Below are positions 53,251-64,000 of a stretch of 64,000 nt of DNA, in pieces. A program made the translations under genes and the position numbers. The DNA is from Dipteris shenzhenensis. Taxonomy: Eukaryota. The stretch lies in assembly GCA_047967505.1 (NCBI GenBank), contig CM106538.1; one strand, written 5' to 3'. The notes beneath the pieces are model-generated. The model had not been told where the DNA came from, did not search any database, and saw only the letters and a list, made by a program, of their open reading frames with translations. Numbering within the stretch: position 1 is the first letter of the stretch; the number at the start of each line of letters is the position of its first letter.

Positions 53251-53981
53251 TGTCCTCACCATCGGTCGTGGCGGTCTCTCCACAACCTATGGAGATCTCA
53301 TACGTTGTGTCATGTGTTTCTCAGTCTCCCTTGCTCCACTACCCTTCTGCTTGGACCCCACCAAGAAGCACACATCCCCACGTTGTACTTCACCTAGTCA
53401 CTCTCTTGTGCAATCTTCTCTTTTACATGAGCTAGCAGAGAAGCTATGTTTATAATCCTTGTGATGTGGGGAATCGGCGGGTTGGGGTTTAGGGAGGACA
53501 CCCGTGGGTGAGGGTGTGGTTGTTCCATTTAGAATTTGTTTGAAAAAAAAAGAACCAAATACGGCTAAGGAGCCTATGAAAAAAGAACCGAATATGACTA
53601 AGAAGAGGGGAAAAGAAGAGAAGCATAATCATAAGAGAAGCAGACACTACTACACACGGATCCTATTGCGACGTTTACGTATCGACGTTTAGCGCCCACT
53701 TAGCGTTAATCGTCGGTATGAAAAGCGGGTTTCGTAAATCGTCACTATATAGCGACTGTTGCTGAAAGTCGCTATATAGCGACACTGATACAAAATATTA
53801 TAGTGACGTTTTTACAGAGGGGTTTTTTTTTTTTAATAGGCCTTAAAAGTTAGTTTTTTCCAATGACAAATTTTTTTAAATTTTCATACATGTTTGAGCT
53901 CATAGAGAATAAAAAAATGAGAGCATGTACATCAAGCCTTTGAAGCTCATATATTCATGTCCAAGTTTGAGATGAGAAAAA

Positions 53982-56900
53982 TCAAATAAGAGCATTTACA
54001 TCAACTGTTTCATCTTGAGCCAAGTCTAAGGTGCCAAGCAAGTCTATCTCCAACTCTATACCGAGTTGATCTCCTATATCATCATCGTACTCTAGCATCG
54101 TACGTTCACCTAAAAGTATTTGATCATCTTCTTTAATAAAGCTTAAGTGTGGTGATTGATCTTGATGATTGTTGTCTTCTTCGTCAATATCGTGATCTCC
54201 ATCCTCCTCCCGTGCGATGTCATTATGCGCATCTTCCTCTTGGCTCATATGGTGATCTACATCTTCTTCGCTATATTCATCAATTGGATCCGGCATTGGT
54301 AGTGGCATCTCCATATCCACATCTCGATCTTCAAAAATTTGCTTACTTCGTGGTGCAACTTGGATCACGTACCACCATCTTGGATCAGAACGATCCGGAT
54401 GAAAAACCACCTATATTGAAGATGGGTGCCAAATGTCGTCAATTATATTTATATCAATGGACTTTAAAAATGAAAGCTTCGACTAATTAAATCATTAGTA
54501 TGCACCTGTTCACAGTGCTCGGGAAGAACAAAAGTATCACTTTCATCGGTCCAATGTTTGGTGGAGTCTATTGCAAAGAGACCGCTACTATCTTTTCTCA
54601 CTGTTGCATGGGGACCGTTGTAAGTAGTTCTAAACCATTTTACATCAAGAATGAAAATAGTAAATTGTCTGAAATCAATTTCATAGATGTCGCGTATGGT
54701 TCCACAATAATCCAACTGTGAGGAGAGAAGATTGGTATCCGAAGCACTTGCTCACCTATCTTGTGTGAAGTTAGCCATGACTCCATAATCATACGTGACT
54801 CTCTTTGAATCGATGCGTTCCACGCAAAAATGTCGTCCATATGACCATAATGCACTATACTTTTTGTACTGTAAAAGAGAATCATTAAAACAATGAAGAT
54901 GCACCTATTTTATAGCATATATTGCCACAAATAATTACTTAATTACGTCAAGAGATAAGATACTTACATGCACCATACATCCAGATGATAACTCTCGCTC
55001 GCACTCGTTTATTGTCTCTCCATCACGTTCGGCTTTATGTAGAGCCAGTTGTAGCCAATCAAGTGACATGTGAGTAGGGAGAAGAGCCAGATCTCGTGGA
55101 TATGGTTGTTGAATCTCGTCCTTGCATTTATTCTTTCTGCTTTGGCCACTTCATATCTCTCAATCCACTTTTGCATCTCAGGGCTATTGAGGATACAAAA
55201 CTTATTGAATTTCTCCATTTGCTCTTCGCTCATCTTTCTTTCAATCCATTTTCCTTGGGGAACCTCGCCAACGATGCGATGATCATCCTTGTTGTGCCAA
55301 GCTTACGGCATATCAGGATCCGTGGATGCAAGAAACTCTGTGATATATACTAATGACTCTTGCACAAGCCATCCCTCTACCATGCTTGCTTCTGATCTTG
55401 CTCTTTGTCTTACAAACCCCTTTAAAGTTTTCATAAACCGCTCGAGAAAAAACATCCATCGACTATGAACGGTACCTGCTATAGCCACCTCATCAACTAT
55501 GTGCACAAGCAAGTGGACTTGAGTTGTCATAATGCTGGAGGGAAAGTGCTTCTCAAGCAAGCATACGGCTTCAATGGATTCCACCCTAGCCTTCTCGATG
55601 CTCGATATAGAGATCTCTTTTTGAGATATCCACCTATTTCACATGTCCATGCATATGTAAGATATTTGAGATATCCACCTATTTCACATGTCCATGAAGA
55701 AAATACATAATGCGATTTGATAGTAAGCATACCTCACAATACCACAGATCTTGAATATAGCATTTCTAACATCTTCTTGTAAGCACCCTTTTATTGTAAT
55801 TGGGAGGATGAACTATCAAAGCAACAATGAAGTCATGTCAACAATATAACATAATAATAATTACGCTAACGCATCACTATTATCGGTACACTAATTCTAC
55901 TTAGAATACCTGTAAGACCTTGTGCCAATCATGGGACTTGAGGCCACTAAGCTTATTGTCCTTTGAAAATGCTCCTTTCAAGCAACGCATGTACCCTGTT
56001 GGTGTTTGAAAAGAGTCAATGTCTGCCTTGACCGCTGCCTCCTCCCTCGTAGAGAGGATCCACGTTGCTTTCGGGAGGACAACTTTTCCCGAAGCATGCA
56101 CTTGGGGCCACAAACGAGACATCCTATTCATAGCATGCAAGTCTTCTTGCACTCCTCTCGAGTCCTTGGAACCAACCAAGTGTGTCCAAATAGTAGCCCC
56201 CACATTCTTGAAGATATGCATGGGATCCAAGAGATGATTGATTTGTAACTGACCCCAATAAGGAAGCTCATGAAAGATCGATAGCCTCTTCAAACCAGGA
56301 GGAGGTTCCTCTCCATTCGCCCTCCAAGCTTGAATCCAATCACTTGCCTTCAAATATGATGGTGGTGGATCAAGCTGACCTCCACGTGCGAGATGGTCGA
56401 GCGGAAGGTATCGAGCATGACCTTCATAAACATTTTTCCTCATATGTTTGGAGTAGCATGCAAGCGATTTTAGAGCCGGTCCACAAACAGGACAAGCATG
56501 GTACCCACTTGTAACAAGTCCTGCACGTGTGCATGGATGTGTTAGTACAAGACATGCGTGCAAAAGAGAGTAGAAAACACATAATCCCTCATTGTACATG
56601 TAAAGACACAACCACGTACCTGCGCACTCTCCATATCCTGGGTGTCATGCATGGTCCACATCAAGATACCCCTGACCAAAATATCATTGGTAGGTCTAGG
56701 AGCTCTGGACATATCAAAGGCCTGCACTCCTCTCCATACTATCTGTAACTCCTCTATCAAAGGTGCCATGTACACGTCCATGTTTTTTGCCTTGTACTTT
56801 CCTGGCACAAGTAGTGCAAGCATGAGGTGTCCCTTTTTTATTGTTAGCCATGCTGGGATATTGTAATTCACCATGAATATGGGCCATGTCAACCAAGATG

Positions 56901-58011
56901 TCGAGCGTAACCCAAAAGGATTCACGCCATCCATGGCTAGCCCAAGATGTAAGTTGCATGGCTCCCTCGCAAAGTCCGGCCACTGATTATCTATGTGCTT
57001 CCAAGCTGCACAATCTGCGGGAATCCTCAATGTGTGATCAGTGGACCGATGAGATGCATGCCATGTCATCAACTCCGCTATGGATTTGCATTGAAACATG
57101 TGTTGTATTCTTGCAATGATGGGAAAGTGTCTTAAGACCTTTACCGGTATCCGCTCACCCTGCAAGTCATCTCTATATCGTTGTTCCCCACACTTTGGAC
57201 AACTAGCCAAATCTCCATGCTCACGACAAAAGAGAATACAATAATTACGGCAAGCATGGATGGTATCATAATCCATACCCACCATTGTTAGCATCTTTTT
57301 CGCTTCATCTCTTGATGCGGGCATGGTATTTGGTGCAGGCAACATCTTCTGGAGCAACCTATGACAAAGACACTATCCAAATGATGATTCTCAAAACAAA
57401 CAATATCCAAATAATGAGTCAAATTAATGCAAGGGCTAACCTCATTAAGGCCGAGACACTTGTATCCGACCACCCATACTGTACTTGTAGATTCAAGATT
57501 GATAGACAAGCACGTAGTTTAGACATCCTAGCACCCTCGTACAATTGTGTTGATTGCAACTCTCACATTTTGACCTCAGACTCTGACATCACGTGTACGT
57601 GGGATGTAGTGCCCCTAAAAATGGAATCCATCATGTCGACCATACCCTCGTCATCATCCGGGAGACTATAGTCTTGTTGAAAGTGAGAAGGTATATGTGT
57701 ACCCTCGTCACCCTCCTCATCCTGTTTTAAGATTTCATGTAAATATGAGATCTTGTATTTCCTAGTATACAATAAGATTGCGAACTTAAATAGCTTTGAC
57801 TTACCGATGATCCATCAACATGTGCAACACCAATGGGGGGTACTGGTTCCGGCTCCTCCCCATACATCCGCAAGTGGTGCATGATAATACGACGTTGATG
57901 TCGTACTTCTCGCTTGCAATGAGTGCAATGACAGTATAACCTCTCCGTAAGCCACTTCATGCTCCCGGGCATTGGCGCATCATCGGACGAGCTTCCACTC
58001 GTCCCTTCCAT
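53982..58011 (-). pseudogene. Tnp2 transposase of element G (least decayed family-2 copy)
   Basis: LAMDGVNPF, WTMHD, HLLDPMHIFKN, LKSHDWH, RWMFFLERFMKTLKG; frameshifts at ~56640, ~55290 and ~55105. Confidence 0.9.
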
Positions 58012-59084
58012 CTACACTTATAAAATCACAACATAAGCATGAAGACGAGATATTGACAATTATAAAATAGTATGTTTGAGCTTATCTAGATGCCACATCA
58101 AAAAAGTGACAGTAAGCGTCGCTATATAGCGACGCTTTCCTCTGTTCCGTCACTATATAGTGACGTTTTTAATTAAAAACGTCGCTATATAGCGACGAAT
58201 AAGCGTCGCTATATAGCGACACTGTGGGTTAAAACTTGAAACGCTAAACACGTGGCGTTTTGTTCATACTATTCCCTAATCTCTCAAGTAAGCAACCCAA
58301 AATCTCCTCCCACCTATTTTCGATGACCTCCCACCTATTCCAAGCAACCTCCCACTCTATTTTCCACTCCTCACCCTTCTCCTACCTCTTGTACTCCCTC
58401 TCTATTTCCCTCTTTGGTTTCTTGAAAGGAAGTTCTTCAAGAGGTGAGTTTGTTTCAACAATGTAGGTTGTTTGTTTGTTAGCTTTAGTTTTGTGAGTGT
58501 TTCTTCTTGTATTGCTAAACCTGTAAACTAGTTTTCATGCTTGTTTTGAAAGGATTGAAACAAAAAACGAGATTTCAAGAAAGAAAGAAAACTCAACTCT
58601 TTTTTCTGTATTTCTCTTCCTTCACTTTCTCCTTGTCTCCTGAATCTCCTCCTTTCCTTGTCTCCTCAATCTCCTCCCTTCAAGAAGTTGCTTTTGTAAT
58701 CTCCTCCTTCCACTAACATCTTATTTGAGAAAATGGGTTGTTTTCTCTCTTTTGTAGGGCCAGTCCACTACACCGAGCTGGATATACTATTTCAGGTAAG
58801 TACTTCCTTTTTTTTCCATTTATTATTTTTGTTATTTGCATTGGCCTGCAACTAGCACCTTAAGCACTAGCTGCAGTGATGGGCGTAGGAACCCTCTCTT
58901 CCCCTCCCACTCTTTCCTTCTTCCCCCTTCTCTTATTCTCTTTTTTCCCCCTTCTCCTTTTTCCCCCTTCTCTTTTTTCCCTCTTCTCTTTTTCTCTCTT
59001 TCCCCCTTCTCTATTTCCCCCTCATCTCTTTTCCCTTCTCTCTTTCCTTTCCCTCTTATTCTCTATTTCCTCTCCCTCTTATTC

Positions 59085-62000
59085 TCTTATGCTTATGCTT
59101 CTCTCATTCCCCCTTCTCTCTTTCCCCCTTCTCTATTTCCCCCTTCTCTCATTCGCATAAGCTCATGCTCATGCATGAGCATAGGCATGAGCTTATGCTT
59201 ATGCTAATGCTTGAGCATAAGCATAAGCTCATGCTTATGCTCATGCATGAGTTCATGCTTATGCTCATGCATGAGCATGAGCTTATGCTTAAGTTTCCCC
59301 CTTCTTTATGCTTCTATTTCCGCATAAGCTTATGCTTATGCATGAGCTTATGCGGAAATAGAGAATGAGAGAAGCATAAGCTCATTCTCTCTTTCCACAT
59401 AAGCTCATGCTTATGCATGAGCTTATGCGGAAACTCATTCTCTATTTCTGCATAAGCTCATTCTCTATTTCCGAATGAGCATAAGCTCATGCTTATGCTG
59501 ATGCATGAGCATGAGCTTATGCTTAAGTTTCCGCATAAGCTCATTCTTATGCATGAGCTTATGCGGAAATAGAGAATGAGAGAAGCTTATCCGGAAACTC
59601 ATTCTCCATTTCCGCATAAGCTCCTTCTCTATTTTCGCATGAGCATAAGCATGAGCTTATGCTTATGTTTATGCTTATGTTTATGCTTATGCTTATGCAT
59701 AAGCATAAGCATAAGCTCATGCTTATGCTCATGCATGAGCATGAGCATATGCTTAAGTTTCCGCATAAGCTTATGCTTATGCATGAGCTTATGCAGAAAT
59801 AGAGAATGAGAGAAGCTTATGCGGAAACTCATTCTCTATTTCCGCATAAGCTCCTTCTCTATTTCCGCATGAGCATGAGCTTATGCTTAAGTTTCCGCAT
59901 AAGCTCATGCTTATGCATGAGCTTATGCGGAAATAGAGAATGAGAGAAGCTTATGCGGAAACTCATTCTCTATTTCCGCATAAGCTCCTTCTCTATTTTC
60001 GCATGAGCATAAGCTCATGCTTATCCTCATGCATGAGCATGAGCTTATGCTTAAGTTTCCGCATAAGCTTATGCTTATGCATGAGCTTATGCGGAAATAG
60101 AGAATGAGATAAGCTTATGCGGAAACTCATTCTCTATTTCCGCATAAGCTCCTTCTCTATTTCTGCATGAGCATAAGCATGAGCTTATGCTTATGCTTAT
60201 CTTAAGCATGAGGATAAGCATAAGCTCATGCTTATGCTCATGCATGAGCTTATGCGGAAATAGAGAATGAGAGAAGCTTATGCGGAATCTCATTCTCTAT
60301 TTCCGCATAAGCTCCTTCTCTTTTTCTGCATGAGCATAAGCATGAGCTTATGATTATGCTTATGCTTAAGCATAAGCATAAGCATAAGCTCATGCTTATG
60401 CTCATGCATGAGCTTATGCGGAAATAGAGAATGAGAGAAGCTTATGCGGAAACTCATTCTCTATTTCTGCATAAGCTCCTTCTCTTTTTCCGCATGAGTA
60501 TAAGCATGAGCTTATGCTTATGCTTATGCTTATGCATAAGCATAAGCATAAGCTCATGCTTATGCTCATGCATGAGCATGAGCTTATGCTTAAGTTTCCG
60601 CATAAGCTTATGCTTATGCATGAGCTTATGCGGAAAAAGAGAATGAGAGAAGCTTATGCGGAAACTCATTCTCTATTTCCGCATAAGCTCCTTCTCTATT
60701 TCTGCATGAGCATAACCATGAGCTTATGCTTATGCTCATGCATGAGCATGAGCTTATGCTTAAGTTTCCGCATAAGCTCATGCTTATGCATGAGCTTATG
60801 TGGAAATAGAGAATGAGAGAAGCTTATGCGGAAACTCATTCTCTATTTCTGCATAAGCTCCTTTTGTATTTTCGCATGAGCTTATGCTTAAGCTTCCGCA
60901 TAAGCTCATGCTTATGCATGAGCTTATGCGGAAATAGAGAATGAGAGAAGCTTATGCAGAAACTCATTCTCTATTTCTGCATAAGCTCCTTCTCTTTTTT
61001 CGCATGAGCATAAGCATGAGCTTATGCATAAGCTCATGCATAAGCATAAGCTTATGCATAAGCATAAGCATAAGCTCATGCTTATGCTCATGCATGAGCA
61101 TGAGCTTATGCTTAAGTTTCCGCATAAGCTCATGCTTATGCATGAGCTTATGTGGAAATAGAGAATGAGAGAAGCTTATGCGGAAACTCATTCTCTATTT
61201 CCGCATAAGCTCCTTCTCTTTTTTTGCATGAGCATAAGCATGAGCTTATGCTTATGCTTATGCATAAGCATAAGTATAAGCTCATGCTTATGCTCATGCA
61301 TGAGCATGAGCTTATGCTTAAGTTTCCGCATAACCTCATGCTTATGCATGAGCTTATGCGGAAATAGAGAATGAGAGAAGCTTATGCGGAAACTCATTCT
61401 CTATTTCCGCATAAGCTCCTTCTCTATTTCCGATGCTTATGCTTAAGCATAAGCATAAGCATAAGCTCATGCTCATGCATGAGCTAAAGCATGAGCTTAT
61501 GCTTATGCTTATGCATAAGCATAAGCTCATGCTTATGCTCATGCGAAAAAAGAGGAGGAGCTTATGCGGAAATGAGCTTATGCTTAAGTTTCCACATAAG
61601 CTTATGCTTATGCATGAGCTTATGCGGAAATAGAGAATGAGAGAAGCATAAGCTCATTCTCTATTTCCGCATAAGCTCCTTCTCTATTTCCGCATGAGCA
61701 TAAGCATGAGCTTATGCTTAAGTTTCCGCATAAGCTTATGCTTATGCATGAGCTTATGTGGAAATAGAGAATGAGAGAAGCTTATGCTTCTCTCATTCTC
61801 TATTTCCGCATAAGCTCATTCTCTATTTCCCACTCTATTTCCCCCTTCTCTCCTTCTCTATTTCCGCATAAGCTCATGCTTATGCTTATGCGGAAATAGA
61901 GAAGGAGAGAAGCATAATAGAGAATGAGAGAAGCATAAGCATAAGCTCTATTTCCGCATAAGCTCATTCTCTATTTCCGCATAAGCTTATGCTTATGCTT

Positions 62001-62620
62001 CTCTCATTCCCCCTCATCTCTTTCCCCCTTCTCTCATTCGTATAAGCTTTCCCCCTTCTCTATTTCGGCACAAGCTTTCTCTTATGCATGAGCTTATGCG
62101 GAAATAGAGAATGAGAGAAGCTTCTCTCATTCTCTATTTCTGCATAAGCTCATTCTCTATTTCTGCATAAGCTTATGCTTATGCATGAGCTTATGCGGAA
62201 ATAGAGAATGAGAGAAGCATAAGCGTGCTTCTCTCATTCCCCCTCATCTCTTTCCCCCTTCTCTCATTCGTATAAGCTTTCCCCCTTCTCTATTTCGGCA
62301 CAAGCTTTCTCTTATGCATGAGCTTATGCGGAAATAGAGAATGAGAGAAGCTTCTCTCATTCTCTATTTCTGCATAAGCTCATTCTCTATTTCTGCATAA
62401 GCTTATGCTTATGCATGAGCTTATGCGGAAATAGAGAATGAGAGAAGCATAAGCGTGAGCTTATGCTTCTCTCATTCTCTATTTTCGCATAAGCTCATTC
62501 TCTATTTCTGCATAAGCTTATGCTTATGCTTCTCTCATTCCCCCTCATCTCTTTCCCCTTCTCTATTTCCCCCTTCTCTCATTCTCTATTTCCGCATAAG
62601 TATAAGCATGAGCTTATTCT
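59085..62620. repeat. ~3.5-kb palindrome-rich satellite (GCATAA/TTATGC/GCATGA hexamers plus a GCGGAAATAGAGAATGAG...CTCATTCTCTATTTCCGC hairpin)
   Basis: The hairpin core recurs roughly every 120-240 bp. Confidence 0.93.
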
Positions 62621-62818
62621 CTCTAACTCTTATTCTCTATTTTCCTTTTCTTCCTCTTCTCTTTCCTTTCCCTCTTCTTTCCTTTCCATCTTCTTTCCCT
62701 CTTTCCTTTCCCTCTTCTTTCCTTTCCCTCTTCTTTCTTCTTGCCTATGCCTATGCCTATGCCTATGCTTATGTTTGTTTTTTTGTTTTCTATTTTCGTG
62801 TTTGTATCTATGTTAGAC

Positions 62819-63905
62819 ATGGGATCACATCTCTCATCCGACGAGTACGGACAGCCTCACAGGAGGAGAGCTCATGATCTATATGCTCCAGAGGACTTTG
62901 ATTCCTCTCAGGCGACTACCGCAAGGACTACCCCTGGTCCGACTCCTCTCAAACCTAGCACTACGACTACCCTTGGTCCGACTCCTCTTCCATGTAGCAC
63001 TGCGACTATCCCTCGGGGAACTCCTTTGCTAGCCGCGCATGGCTTTGTCGGGAGTCCAGATGAGTTTGTAGCGCAGATGAGTGATGAGGAGGCAGCGAGA
63101 TTCTTCTCTCTGCTCTCTCAGAGGACCTCAACAATTCCTTCCCCTACACCGATGGGTAGACGTACTACCCAGCCATCCCCTCACGCCCCTTCGACCACGG
63201 GATCATCACCTCCGCATGCCTCTCGCAAGGGAAGGAAGAGTAGGACGGGTGGCTCATGTTGTGCTGACTCGGGAGATGTAGATGAGTCAACACACTCACG
63301 CTCCTTTAGGTCTCCACTTGGTCCGGAGACAGTATCAGTCAGGTCCCTTTCCCTCTCCTACTCCCACTGCTACTCCTCGCTCCAGAAGTGCTCGTGCAAC
63401 TTCCACTCCTTCAGACTTTGCTACCGTAAGTCCCCCTTACTCATCAGGGGATCTCTCCTATCAAATCACATCTGCCGGAGAGATAATAGAAGATAAAAAG
63501 GGCAAAGCAGTGATGGCCGCCATGAGGAGGTTGATGAGTCATCATTTTAAGAGCGGCATAAATACCGATTGGCGGTATCAAGATGCCCAAAAGAAGCAGG
63601 CGGTGATCGATGAGTTAAAACAAAGATACCCTAATCCACCAAATGTGGAGTTTAATGACGATTATATGCGAGAGCACATGGGTTTGGTCCTGAAGCATCG
63701 TAGATCAACCTTGCGTACTTCCATTACAAAGAGGTTGGCTAAACCCAGATGGGCAGACAAAGCTAATTGGAAGTACTTCAAGAAGCAACATAGGGACCAT
63801 CCCGAAATGTTCGAGGGTCAGAGGAGGGCTGCAAAGAGACGGCTGGATGTCGTAGGTACTTCGCACTTTGGTGCAGGTGGATGGTATGCGTTCGAGGCAA
63901 CCGTG
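62819..63905 (+). pseudogene. ORF2 (TnpA-like) first coding exon of element G
   Basis: ATG 62819 after acceptor TTAG; 2-bp deletion relative to E at ~63330 causes a frameshift; RYPNPPN, GTSHFGAGG; GT donor at 63906. Confidence 0.8.
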
Positions 63906-64000
63906 GTAAGTCTACTTCTTCTCATTTAATGTATTGTTCTATTTGTTTTACTTACATATTACATGCACTTTAGCTAACTCTAACTCTCGTAAATTAGATC

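Larger units (their letters stand above)
53645..64000. mobile_element. Family-2 CACTA element G, left terminus at 53645, running off the window
   Basis: CACTACTACACACGG terminus; GCTATATAGC repeats at 53740-53790 and 58116-58222; transposase plus ORF2. Confidence 0.92.

Noticed and set aside
59165-61633. MLMHKHKH / CLCLCMS ORFs
   Set aside because: Hexamer satellite translations

Overview
Eukaryotic (land-plant-type) genomic DNA that is almost entirely nested transposable elements around one intact host gene. It holds: (i) two distinct CACTA/EnSpm families with the same layout, a multi-exon Tnp2/TnpD transposase and a divergently transcribed TnpA/Ptta-like ORF2. Family 1 has non-canonical CACAA termini and TAGACGCGTCTA-type subterminal repeats; family 2 has CACTA termini and TCGCTATATAGCGA repeats. 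All copies are degenerate and several are nested. (ii) Two related small pol-less Copia-type LTR elements with TSD, PBS and PPT. One carries an intact gag only; in the other, gag is replaced by ~1.3 kb of cargo that looks like a mosaic of antisense LRR/kinase gene snippets. (iii) A disrupted gene with a ParB/DGQHR-like motif, followed by CT-rich palindrome-punctuated arrays and a ~182-bp satellite with trimeric higher-order structure. (iv) A 246-bp MITE. (v) A 3.5-kb palindrome-rich satellite inside a CACTA. (vi) A six-exon secreted SERK-ectodomain-like LRR gene (187 aa). Everything was read by eye; no database search was run, so family names rest on recognised motifs.
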